Assembly (NCBI GenBank): GCA_009914755.4 | Contig: CP068257.2 | Location: forward strand, 38,688,001-38,752,000 | DNA: 64,000 nt | Reading direction: 5' to 3' | From: the human T2T-CHM13v2.0 reference genome, Homo sapiens | Shown here: piece by piece, positions 18,376 through 33,925 of the stretch | Layout of the letters: each line of letters begins with the position of its first letter | Numbering within the stretch: the stretch's first letter is position 1 | Program-made: the position numbers and the translations under genes | Notes under the pieces: model-generated | What the model was told of the DNA's origin: nothing | Database searches by the model: none | What the model saw: only the letters and a program-made list of their open reading frames with translations

Positions 18376-19451
18376 AGAATGACTTAGAAAAGAGGAGCAG
18401 GCAGACACTTCCAGGACTTAATAATGACGACATGGCAGGGACAAGAGTGAAGCTCCTCTTCATAGTCTTATTAGCCTAGGGGCCGAGGACTTCTAACTAC
18501 TGTGCCAACTCTCCCCTCTGCTGGCAGGGCCAGTTGGGGAGCTTGAGTCAATATCTGGCCTTGTTTATTTAGGTACGGTCCTCGCGCCAACTCTGAATTG
18601 CTATGTGAGTTTGTTTCCCTGAGATCGGTGACTTCCAACCAGCAGCAGCCAGAGATGCACCTAGCTTACCGTGACTTAGGCTGCTGGTCCCGTGACCTGC
18701 ACCTGCTTTAGCAGGAAGGGCAGGAGGCCAAGATGCAGAGACATATGATGAGGGAGTGATAAGGATATTGCTGGAGCCGGTGGGTGCTAAAAGAAACCAG
18801 AGGCTGCGTGGGTCACATCAACTTAGATTCCATTAGTTTCCCTTCTTAGCCTCTCACTCCAAGCTCCCCGCGGGGTTCAATATGAGCTGATATTAACTGA
18901 CATTGACCTAGGCGAAAAAGGCAAGAGTGAGCCAGTGGGGAATTCTTTGGCCCTGCCTTCTGGGTGGGAAGGACAGGGAAGGACAAGGCATTGTCCTTGC
19001 AGTGTGGTGGAGATGACTTTTAGGATCTATCTTTAAGGTTTCCTTAAAGAACTGTGTCTTGGGCATATTTGTAATAGCCCAAATCATACAAAACTTTAAA
19101 AAATGTTTCAAGTATCTGTTTTTCTCTAGACATAGATTTGAAATACCACATTTGAATTTCTGTGGATGAATGAAGTAGGAGTTTTGAGTATATTTTGATA
19201 AATTTACATCTTTTGAATTATTTAAGGTGTACTCAAATGAGAAGTATACCTCCTTTAGGGGAGGAGTTATAAGTAAAAACAGCAGACCAAAGTTTTCTCT
19301 GGCCACATTCTCCATTCTAAGAAAACATGTTCCCCATGGACAGAAAAAAATAGCTGGACCCAATCATCCATGTCTTCCTTAGTTTCAGAAAGTGTCAAGG
19401 CACTGAACCTGCTGTGACTTGGAGAAAACAAACAAGAAAGGCTAAATAATG

Positions 19452-19490
19452 TTCGTGTGTGCATGTGTGTGTGTGTGTATGTGTGTGTGA
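19452..19490. repeat. (GT)n/(CA)n-rich microsatellite
   Basis: gtgtgtgcatgtgtgtgtgtgtgtatgtgtgtgtg. Confidence 0.9.
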
Positions 19491-20240
19491 CATTCTCTTT
19501 ATCCATTCATCTACCAATGGACACTTAAGTTGTTTCCATGTCTTGGCTGTCGTGGATAGTGCTGCCATGAACGTGGGATCACAGGTACCCCCTTCACAGA
19601 GTGATTTCATTTCCTCTGGATATACACCCAGTAGTGGAATTACTGGATTATATAAATTTTTTTAGGAAACTTCCTATTGTTTCCTATCATGTCTACACTA
19701 ATTTACATCCCCACCAACACTGTACGGGGTTCCATTTTCTCCACACAGCCTTGCCAACACTTGTTATCTTTTGACTTTTTGACCACAGCCATACTAACAA
19801 CTAAATCATGCAGGCCAAATTTCACAATTCTCACTCACAGTGGGCACCAAGAGATTAAAGGTGGTAAAAATACCCCATGGAATACTTTGCAGCCATAGAA
19901 AGGAATGAGATCATGTCCTTTGCAGGGACATGGATGGAGCTGGAAGCCATTATCTTCCACAAACTAATGCAGGAACAGAAAACCAAACACTGCATGTTCT
20001 CACTTATAAGCGGGAGTTGAACAATGAGAACTCATGGACACAGGGAGAGGAAGAAAGCATGTGAAAGCATGGGTAAGGGGAGGGAAAGCATCAGGAAAAA
20101 TAGCTAATGCATGCTGGGCTTAATACCTAGGTGATGGGTTGAGAGGTGCAGCATACCACCATGGCACACATTTACCTATGTGACAAACTTGTACATCCTG
20201 CACATGTACCTTGGAACTTAAAATTAAATGAAATAAAATA
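19490..20240 (+). mobile_element. Older primate L1 (L1PA8/L1PB-like) 3' end with an inverted 5' portion
   Basis: 19490-19800 reads as antisense of the L1 ORF2 C-terminal region (tttatccattcatct...ggacacttaagttgtttccat...). 19862-20240 is the sense strand (MEYYAAIK..., 3' UTR ending ...cttggaacttaaaattaaatgaaataaaatag). Confidence 0.7.
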
Positions 20241-20552
20241 GAAGAACATTATGTCCGCTATAGTTACTGATGTGATAAAAATCTTTCCTCATATTATATT
20301 GTAATTTTAAACAGTGGATTGAATTATTTTATTTCCTGGTATTATTTCATAATGCATATTGTTTTTCCTATATAGAATTATTCTTTATTTTACACAATAA
20401 AGATTCTAATATGGCCATTGCAGTGTTAGCTTTGTTCCATTATTAGAATTGTATCACACAATTTTTTTTATAGTAAATATGATTTGAAATTATTTCTAAG
20501 TTAATTAAATGGGCCAGTAATATATTCTTTAAAATAATAAATTTTGTCACTG

Positions 20553-20912
20553 TGTTAGTCCATTTTCATGCTGTGGATAAAGACATATCCAAGACTGGGC
20601 AATTTACAAAAGAAAGAGTTTAATTGGACTTACAGGTCCACGTGGCTGGGGGAGCCTCACAATCATGGCAGAAAGCAAGGAGAAGCAAGTCCCACCTTAC
20701 ATGGATGGCAGCAGGCAAAGAGAATGAGGAAGACGCAAAAGCGGAAATCCCTGATAAAACCATCAGATCTCATAAGACTTATTCACTACCACGAGAACAG
20801 TATGAGGAAACTGCCCCCATGATTCAATTATCTCCCACCAGATCCCTCCCACAACACGTGGGAATTATGGGAGTAAAATTCAAGATGAGATTTGGGTGGA
20901 GACACAGCCAAA
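20553..20912 (-). mobile_element. MaLR LTR (THE1/MST-like), reverse orientation
   Basis: It is the reverse complement of the same LTR family: tgttagtccattttcatgctg...gggcaatttacaaaagaaagagtttaattggacttacag...gatgagatttgggtggagacacagccaaacc. Confidence 0.55.
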
Positions 20913-22506
20913 CCCTATCAGTCACCATCTCTGTTCATTTATGTGTATTTACTTTAAATGTCTAAAAGATAGATAAGTACCCTACAAGAGTTTATGAGAG
21001 TTCATAGATCCCATGGCAAAAGTTAATGAGGGTGGATATCACATTCATTTGAAGAATCATACTACACATTACAAAATTGAATTATGAGATTGAAAACCAT
21101 GAATAAATAGTTCAACAATTCAGATGGAAAGGAATGTCTCTTACTAATCATACGCTAATGGAACCATTGTTCCTCAGTGTCCTGACCTGGCCTTGTTCTT
21201 CCTTCTCTCTCCCTGATGGTCTCAGCACCTCCTTTGCCCCAGCTGTCAGCTCAATGCTGTTGACTCCTAATCTAAATTTTCAAACAAAAACTCCTTCTCA
21301 AGATTCATGCCTGCTTGTTCAGTAGTATGTCAATATCTTCATCTTGATGTCTCAGAAGTATCTCAAATCCCAAACCAAACATAGCAAGTTTCCCCTTAAT
21401 CTAAGCTTCTTCAATTCTCTGTTCTTAGTAGTGATAGCAAAATATTTTGGTTGCAAGAAGCTTCGAATAATAAAAGCGTTCCTAGTTGTGCATTTCTTTT
21501 TGTGTCCAGCTGCTGAGAGTGTGCTGCTATGTATTGTCTACTCCAATTCTCAACATGTCTTTTGTGTGGTTTCTCTTTTTCCAAACACAGTACTATCACC
21601 TTTTTAATTACAACTCTTTCAATTGTGTCCTAACTGGTCATTCTTTTTTTTTTTTTTTTCATCTTTCTGCACTGTGATATACCTTACCCACCTCAACCAG
21701 ATTAATGTTTCTAAAACATTGCTGCGAGCATTTACCTCTGCTCCAACACCTTTAGGATTCAGCAGGATGTGCTAACTCTCCGAGGCCTGGTCCTCTCTGT
21801 GCAGATGCAGACCTTCGCTTACTGGGAGTATCCTTTGTGTCAGCCATAGGGGCTCTTACATGTGAGCAACTGCACCTGACCCACCTCTGTCCCCACACCC
21901 TGTCCGAGCCCCATTCTCACTCTGATCATCTTATAATGGCAAAACTACACTCAATTGTTTCTGCTTTTGGAAACCGTTTCAGGCGCTAGACCCTTTTGAG
22001 ATTCAACTCAGCTTTTCTTGGACATTCTTTTTTGGCTCCTCAAGACTTCTCAGCCTACCCTATGCCCAGAATTAGATAAATGTCCACTTCCTCTGCTCCT
22101 AAAACACATACTGCATATTTCTCTGATGGTATTGTGTTGATGTCTGCATTTGTCTTCTTTGTCTCCCTGCTGTTCTCCTGCGCCAGGTGTCATGGCTGCT
22201 GTTTTGGACCTTCTGCTGCCCCTCGCCCAGGACATTTGCTGCTTCCTGTCGTGTGTTGCCATCATTTGTCTGTGGGTTCTCCCACAGACCCCAACACCTT
22301 GCTGGCAGTGACCATCCTATTATTACTTGATCTCATTAACAGCAGACGCACAAGTATTACCTGAATACATTTTTAAAAAACATCTTAGCACTCACAAAAC
22401 TAAAGAGATTTTTTGAGTTGAAACTTGTTCTGATGACAAAGGTCCAATTGAGCTATGAACTACAACACAATACACTATGGTACACTGTTATATTTCTCAT
22501 TTCTAA

Positions 22507-22866
<360 letters not shown>

Positions 22867-23845
22867 TGAAAAAATGTGTTTAGGAAAAGGTGTTTAAGAC
22901 CCACATGTATAGCCATTTGACATCTACGTAAGTGGGAGGAGTTGCACTGACCAGATTCCTTTCAAGAAAGGACATGTTACCACCAATTCATGGGGTGATG
23001 TCATCTGGAAGTTATTGGCCACCTCGGAGATTGTCTCAGCTGCAGAGGCCCACTTCACCCAAGGACAGGCTCTTTTTTGGAGTGTCCTCAATCTAGTGAC
23101 TGATTGAGGAGCAATTCTGCCCAAACTCAGGACAACCCTGAAGGACTGTTCTTGCTCCAGAGCTCACTGTCATTGGCCTGCATCCCAGCTCACTCTTTCT
23201 TCGCCCAGTCCTTCTTCCTGTCCTTCCCTCCTCGGTTGTTGATCATAAGGCACTCCTTGATAAACACTCTTCACACTAGCATCCATCTCAGAGTCAGCTT
23301 CCCGAAAAACCCAACCACAATGGTTTGTTTCATCTACAGCAAAAATGCATGCACCATTAATAACAAAACCAGGTCTGTGTGTGACACACTCTCCATATAC
23401 TTCAACCATCCATTCACATTACTTTAACTCATCTGGGACTGGGACTAGAAGAGAATTAGTGCTGAGTTCTCTTTCAAATATACCCCTCTATACATGATGA
23501 AAAGTATCTTGTTATTTTCCCTCAGAACAAGGAAAAGATAGAAGAAGAATAAAAAAAGAAGCAAGGGAAAACGTTTAAAAGGTGAATTTTAAAATTGTTG
23601 CTCACTAACTTAAAAAAAATGCTGTGTTTGTTTTGTTGTTTTTGCTCATTCAGCTGGCCCAAGTTTAGCTAGTGTTCTGAGCAAAAATTCAGTTTTTCTC
23701 TCTAATAATTGGAATATATCAGGAATAAGAGTAGCTAACTTTTCTACAATGATTTTAAACAAAGTAGTTCTTCTATAGGATGCTTATTTTAGACTGCTAG
23801 ACTGTGAAAAGAGGTAAAGAGTCATAAATATAACAACGAAGTAAG

Positions 23846-24168
<323 letters not shown>

Positions 24169-27100
24169 AGAGAGAGAGAAAAGGAAATAAAAGGAAGGCA
24201 AATAACTTTTTTCCCAAAAATTGTTTAAAATTATCAAGTAAGTCCATGGGAGGAAAAAAATAATTAAAATGTTTTAGGAACAAGAAAAAGATATCCCAAG
24301 GCATAAAGTAGAATTATAATAAAGAGAAACACGAAAGATGCAAGTTGGATACAATAAAGGGAAAAAATAAACTACTTGAAATTTGGGGGCGTAAAAGAGT
24401 AAAACAAACTCTGAGAAGCATGGCAGTGTCTCCTTCCAATGCACTTCCAAAAAAAATGGATGCCCTGCAATATTGTCAACCAGATGCCTAAAGGGGAATG
24501 TGGTGGAAAGAACTGGATAATTTCTTGGGGCCATTTGAGTCTTCAATCATATGAAACATCTCTTGAAAGTTATTTTTATGGAGTGTATTGTAAAGCCATA
24601 ATCATATTATGTTGAAATAGTTTCTTTAAAAGATTAAAACGACCAAGAACTTAAAAACTTATGATAATATCTATATGTAAACAATTAGAGTCACCATGGT
24701 CTGAGCAGGATGACAGGTTATGTTTCCCCTGGTTGAGAGCAATAATACCTTCATACAGAAGACTGTAATAAAACTGAGTTACTTTTCTGCATTTTTAATA
24801 TGAAAAGAAAAGCCATTTGAATCATCAAGGCATCAAGAAAATGAAACATATCTCATGTTTTACTTATTTAGTTAGAGAAAAGTGTCATCTAGATGAGGTA
24901 CAATTATTTTATTTTTGTTTATATGGACTTCTGATGGAAGCAAAGCCATGTGACCCCAACCAGAGGTGACGACAACCAGGCTTAATAACAAAAGTAAACA
25001 AGATTCATAAAATCACTGGTATTCATTTTAAAACTTGGCTTATTTTTCCAATTAGTTTTTTTACAAGGATTGTTAGTAATAGATTATTTGCTTGAGAAGT
25101 ATTTTTCATGACGTTGGCTTAGAAAAGGTCATAGCTCTTTAGAAGCTTGGTTAATAATAACTGACTTGAAGAGGCTTTTTTTTAAGTAAAGTGCTGAAAT
25201 ATGTTACAGTGAGACAAGGGTATAAAAAGGTAGTCAATATATTTCACAGAACTAAGACTGCCTCTGACAGCACCATCATGGTATCTTGGTAGATGGAGAG
25301 GAGAAGAAAACATGGGTCATTTAATAAATATTGGGATAACTGACTCGATATAGATAGAAAATATATTGGACCCCAGCTTTACTATATCTGTGAAGCTCAG
25401 TGTGGGTTGAAGGCCTAAATGCAAACAGCAAAAATAGAGACATAGAACAAATACAGAAAAAAATAGGAATGCATCTTCATGAGCTCATAAATTTCTTAAA
25501 CAAGGTCCAAATGAAGACAAAGGCAAAGTTAAGAGAGAAAAGACAGCCTTGGAAAAGATATTCACAATCATTTCTAAGTAATAAGAGATTCATATTTATA
25601 CTAAAGAACTACAGCAAAGCAGGAAGAAGTAGCAGGAGTGATAGCAAATGCACAAAGCAATGCATAGATGAAATCCTCAGACATCTCCTGAGAGTATAAA
25701 AAGACATTCAAGCACAATAGTAATGAAAAGAAAACAAATTAAAACAAAGAGCTCCTTTACATCAATCAGCTTTGTCACAAATAGAAACACAGGTACCAGG
25801 ATGCGGGGAACTGGGACCTCTAATGCATAGCTGGTGGTAAAGTAAACTGGTATAGGAATTTTGGAGAGTGGCTATGCAATTATTAGTGAAGTTAAATTCT
25901 ATGACCTAACAATTCTACTACTGGCCCTCTAGTAATATTAATACTACACATGGACACATTTATAAGATACCCATGGTAGTATTTGTACAGAGTCAAAGGG
26001 CTGGGTGGGGGGCAAACTAAGCATTCACTTTTGTGCTGTTATTGTATATATTTACATGCATGTCTAAATAAGGATGCCAGAAAATTAATTTAAAATAAAT
26101 ATATTAAGTACACATAAGTCTGTGCCTATGAGACAGGGACAAACGATACCAGAATTGGTGGATGGTTGAAAAAAGGGGGGACAAGTTAAAATAAAACAAA
26201 ATAAGGATCTTGCATGGACAGATGATAATGGTGTGGTGTCAGCCAAAAGTTGACAAAACAAAAACAAAATTCACCATTGGGATTTTTGTTCATGAGTCCC
26301 AAACCATGGCTCAACAGTGGGACATGGGCTGCAACTAGGCGTTCTTGTCTTCAGGACAGAGGTGGCACTCTCATTCCCCTCTTTTATTCATTAGAAAATG
26401 CCCAGAGGGCTATGTTTCACTGAGACAAAATAGACACATCAGTGTGTCCTTCAAAGGAAAGGAGCTGCTGAACTTCGTTGCATACAAAGTATTTAAACAA
26501 ATGGGGACGCTAGAGATGGTTAGCCAGGAAGACAAAGCTTAGTCTTTTGCACGACTGGGAGCTTTATGTGGAGAAACGGGGAACTATTTAGTGTTGCTCT
26601 AGAGGGAATATTCGAACCAGAAAGAAGAGAAGAGCTAGAGAAGGCATATTTGTATGTATCTCTATTTGTATGTATGTCAGACAGAGGAAGAACTGTCTGA
26701 CAATCACAGCCATGTAGAAACAGAAAGGGCTGAGAGCTTAGTGAACCACTGCACAGATCGTGCAGGAAGAGTCTAGAAAAATGTGGGGTACAGTCCAGGG
26801 GCATGTTGAATATCACATGGGAGGCTGGTCTAGATGAACTTCAAGCTGATTTATAGCCCTAAGATTCTAAGAGTCTATAATTGTATCATGCATCTATATA
26901 TCTGTAACCACATATATATGTACTTATATATAATATACATATATAACTATATGTATATTTATATTTGTGTTTTATATTTATATATCTTTATATTTAAAAT
27001 ATAATGCATATAAATGTTATATAGGTGTATGAAGTACACAATTTTATTGAATTTATATATTTAAACAATTTACATGTGTTTTGAGTCAATGCATATAAAA

Positions 27101-27399
27101 GATCCTACCGCATGGTTCTGAATAATTGAGAGTTGTTATTTCTGACTTAAAATGTCATTATCACGGCATTATTTTTAGCACTGCCAAAGAGTTTTTCCCT
27201 GTGGTGTGTGCACAAACGTGTGTGTATTTGCAGATTAATTATGAATTAGACAGCAAAAGTGTTAGTAATTTGCTTGGCATTCTTTTCCCTTTCTTATCTC
27301 TACATAATTCTCTCCTTCTCTAAGTTTCCCATGTTCAGCAAGTGCAACAAGTATTATAAAACATAATTTATCTTGCAATTTTAACTAAATAAAAGAATT

Positions 27400-27830
27400 G
27401 TATTCTTATATGTTGATTTTGTATCCTGCAACTTTACTGAATTGGTTTATTACTTCTAATCCTTTTTGGTAGTGTCTTAGGGTTTTCTATATATATGGTC
27501 ATGTCATTTGCAAACAAGTTAATTTCTTCCTTTCCAATTTGAATTATCTGAATGCCTTGTATTTCTTTCTCTTGCCTAATTGCTTTGGCTGAGACTTCCA
27601 GTGACATGTTGAATGGAAGTGGCAAGAGTGTGCATCTTTTTTTTTTTGTTCAGAATCTTAAGGAAAAGCTTCCAACTTGTCTCGAGTACAATGTTAGCTG
27701 TAGGTTTGTCATGTATGGCCTTTATTATGTTGAGGAACATTCCTTCTGTATCTAAATTGTTGAGAATATTTATCATGAAAGGATGTTAAATTTTGTCAAG
27801 TATTTTTCTACACCTATTGAAATAATCATA
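27400..27830 (-). mobile_element. Ancient L1 (L1M-class) ORF2 fragment, antisense
   Basis: The + strand reads as the antisense of L1 ORF2 (ttgattttgtatcctgcaactttactgaattggtttattac...catttgcaaacaag...ttgcctaattgctttggctgagacttccagt...ttgaatggaagtgg). The ORF track gives L1-like peptides on the minus strand (27434..27625). Confidence 0.65.
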
Positions 27831-27874
27831 TGATAAAGCTACAAGGCAAAAATCAGTAGTGTTTGTATACACTA

Positions 27875-30170
<2,296 letters not shown>

Positions 30171-30179
30171 AATGTAAAT

Positions 30180-30470
30180 ACATATTATTTTATTTACAAT
30201 GTAAAAAATCATGTATATACATTTAAAATCAATATGTAATGTAATATATGCAATACATAACATATATTTATGCATATATTTATATATATCAAAATATATT
30301 TATTATATTATATGCATATATTTATATATAATAAATTATATATTTATTATATTATATGCATATATTTATATATAATAAATTATGCATATATTTATATATG
30401 TATTATATAATAAATATATATTATACATATATATATATATATAGCATTCTTTCATAATGAAACCAATCTT
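30180..30470. repeat. AT-rich low-complexity or imperfect tandem repeat with ~45-50-bp sub-duplications
   Basis: Repeated blocks of tatatgcatatatttatatataataaattat... Confidence 0.8.
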
Positions 30471-33406
30471 ACACATAGTCTTTTTTTCCCTCCAATTAGG
30501 GTAAAGTAATTTGAGATATCGCTTATAAAACACTTAATAAAATGCCATATTTTAAAGAAAGGTGTCTGCTTCGATTTCTAGAATAGAGGAATTTTAAGTC
30601 ATTCCACCTCCAGGACAAACCTGTCTGAAGGAACCCATAGAAGCTGAGTCCTGCACTCAATTTTGATATCCTACCTCTCTTCTGCAGACACTTGAGAGCA
30701 TAAACCCCCAGGGTAGCTGAGCCAATGCATCCATTTAAGTATATTGAAGCATGAGTGCTTTCTTGCGTCATTTAAAAAGGGAGGACAGTGAAAGTTCCCA
30801 CTTCATTAGCTTTCTTTTCTCACATTAGGGTATTAAATTAAAAAGAGAGTATAAATTCTCATTTTAAATAATAAATTAACATAAAAGGATTATACATTTA
30901 ATACGTTACCATTCTATTTTTCCCCAGGTCTATATTTCTCGTGTATTATTCATAATAGAAGCTCTGCAATTCCCAAGTCGTTGTTGAAAAATAAATATGA
31001 AAATATGTGGATGACTGCAGTGTATGGCCACACACAAAAGACCCCAGCAAACTGGAGCTTAAGTTAACCATTGCTCCACTTTAATGAGGAACTAAAATGG
31101 AAAAATAAACTCAAAATGCTGTCCTTTCCATAAACAATATTGCAAGTAACTCCAGTATCTAGAGAGATAGTAGGAGAAAGTGGAAGAAAGTGACAGATTA
31201 AGAATGAAAGACCTTTCCTTGCCAACAGAGTTGGGTTTGGAATTCAGTGGAAGCTGATAGTGCCAAGGTTGGAACAGCTAATGAGCAAATGTCTGAAAGC
31301 AGGAGTGGGGAAACTGCCAAGGCTGTTTCTGTGCACAAAGCTGTCCCTCCACCTAGGCGAGATGACATTTGTTCCCAGCCTTTGAAGAATGATGTCATTA
31401 GAAGACGGCATCCCCGGCCGCTCACCTCGAGTGGAAGGCGAGCAGACACACTCACAGCATTATTTTTAACTCAGCATTCATTTCCCCACTTGCACCAACA
31501 GCAATACAGCAAGACATTACGGTGACAGACGAGACACAGCACAGGACAAAAAGCTGCAGGGAAGCAGGATTTTAACGTCAAAATGTGCAGAACAGTGTCC
31601 CTGTTGGGCTACAGTACACAAAGTACCACCAACACAAGAGCTGAAAACCCTGGCAGTGACATCTAATTCTCCCTTCAATTTGAAGGAGGACATGGTAAAA
31701 AAATGCTGGTACATTAAAATGAGAAATCGCCACAAATATAGAAATGGAATGAAATATGTAAAAGCGAATGTTTCTGTTGTTCTCTGCATTCCTAGCATGG
31801 CCATTTCATCTCACTATTGGCAAACATTCACTTTTAAAAATCCTCATAAAATATGACTCTGAAAGCTTGGTGCTTCTTAGACATTTATTTACCTGTGATT
31901 TTAACTACCCTTCTCTATGAATTTTAGTTTGCTTTCCTGTCTATTTTTTTAAATCCCCATGGTCTGAAGCCAGAATGGTGATCCACAGGCACTTAAGACC
32001 AACCCCGCCATCCAAAGGCTTTCGCCAAGACACTCAGGTGCCACATCGCTCCTCTCAGCCTCTCCATCTCCCAAGCAAGAGCTTCTGGAGTCCTTTCTTG
32101 TTCTGACCTGCCCTCTTTCACCAAATCCATTCTCTCCTTTTCCTCTCTCCAATTTAACAAATTCTATCTCTCTTAAATTAGTCCCTCAATATCTTTTGCC
32201 CTACATTTTAACATGTTGTCTGTCTTGACTTTTTAAATAGCTTTATTCCTGGGTTCTTTGTATTCATTTCTCCCCACTCCTACCCTGGCTTCCCGCTGCA
32301 ATACGAATTATTCTTCTGAGAGTCACCACGGGTTGTGTTGGAATCAAAACATCTGCGTTTGAGTCTTGAATGTATTACTGGGTGACTGTGCGCAGCCTCA
32401 TCTCTCTTCTATTCTTTCCCTGATTATGCTTTATCTACGTTACAGAGTCACTGTATTAATTAAGGTGACACAGATGAAAGTGTTTTGTAAACTATAAAGT
32501 TTTATATAAATATAAATAAAAGGTGACATTTTTATCCAGCAGCCAATTAACTTTCCTGGCAGTGTTGATCCCCAGCAATTAGAACACGCAATTAAGCACC
32601 GTTCAAGTTCAATGTGGCACCTAAAATGGGAAAGACAAAGCTTGAAAATGTGTTAAATATAAAACTGCTTGTTAAGTTGAAATGAAGTGAAAGAAGGGAC
32701 TTTGACTTTTACTTCTGCCTATATGTTTGAAGGCAGCAAACTTGCACTTCTGGATAGTTACATATATTTCAGAACTGCTTAAGCTTCAACCACCATCAAA
32801 AATAAGCATATTATTTATATCAATCTTTGAAATAAAAAAAATTGCAGGCATATGCTCCAAAATAAGCAAAGGGTTATGACTATTGCCAGGAAAAGACATG
32901 ATGAAAAAATAGTATTGTTTCCAAATATCATCTAAACACATATGCACACACTTTCCGCTATATCCAGTATTTAAAACGAACCTCCTGGGGACAAGATAAC
33001 AATAATTTGGTTTCCCTGTTAGCAGCATTATTGCCGGGATCAAGTGGGCCACTTCCACTTCCCAAGGAAGCCAATTTTTAAGGCTTCAGGTTTGCTCTTC
33101 CAAAATTAGCTGGCTGAAATATTCACTGTGTGGTCTCCCAGGAAAAGTAGTGGAGCTGCATTTACATGAACAAAATAAGAAAGTCTCTTTCAATCCTAAT
33201 CCACAGGGAAAGCCAAAATTCTAAGTCTTTTCCTAAAATTTAGCTAATTTCTTATCTCCCTCCCCTAATACTTGGTAACTGAAAATAGTAAAGGTTAATT
33301 TTTAAAAAGCCTTGATAAACTACAATCCTGACCATTGGAGTATAATTTACTTTATATATTAATATTTCATTTAAAAACATTTTACTGATCGATCGATTGA
33401 TTGATT

Positions 33407-33660
33407 GAGACAGAGTCTTCCCTGTCACCCAGGATGGAGTGCAGTGGTGCTATCTTGGCTCACTGCAAACTCCGCCTCCTGGGTTCAAGCCATCCTCCCT
33501 CCTCAGCCACCTGAGTATCTAGGATTACAGGTGTGTGCCACCATGCCTGGCTAATTTTTGTATTTTTAGTAGAGACCAGGTTTTGCCACGTTGGCCAGGC
33601 TGATCTCAAACTCCTGGCCTCAAGTGATCCTCCTGCCTCGGTCTCCCAAAGTGCTGAGGT
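33407..33660 (-). mobile_element. Alu SINE, reverse orientation, preceded by a (GATC/GATT)n microsatellite at 33378-33406
   Basis: gagacagagtcttccctgtcacccaggatggagtgcagtggtgctatcttggctcactgcaa...ctcccaaagtgctgaggt. Confidence 0.85.
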
Positions 33661-33789
33661 TAAAATATTTTAAAATGTAAACTTAAATGTTCAGAAGTCA
33701 TTTTATTTAAGACCCTTCTAAGTTCTGAGTAAAGGCTAAGATTGCGAATGGTGTAAAACTGTTACTGTGTTTTGGAAGTAGTTCACCAC

Positions 33790-33925
33790 AGTCTTGCACT
33801 CCTGGCCTCAAGCCATTCTTCTGCCTGAGTCTCCGGAGTAGCTGGAGCTACGGGTGCGTACCACATCACACCTAGGCCTCCCAAGTAGCTGGGATTACAG
33901 CAGTGAGCCTCTGCACCTGGCTGCT
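33790..33925 (-). mobile_element. Alu fragment(s), reverse orientation, degenerate
   Basis: gcctcaagccattcttctgcctgagtctccggagtagctggagctacgggtg...cctcccaagtagctgggattacagcagtgagcc. Confidence 0.6.

Noticed and set aside
18908-19363. A 151-aa minus-strand ORF in unique sequence
   Set aside because: No splice-site-delimited exon structure, no recognisable domain and low-complexity composition. It continues into L1 and microsatellite-derived sequence. It is most likely a chance ORF in intronic DNA.
26880-27010. A possible structured element in the TA-rich blocks at 26880-27010, 30180-30470, 37015-37140 and 63540-63625
   Set aside because: These are simple low-complexity (TA)n/(TATG)n-type microsatellite-like sequence with no consistent unit or flanking signals. 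They are reported only as repeats.
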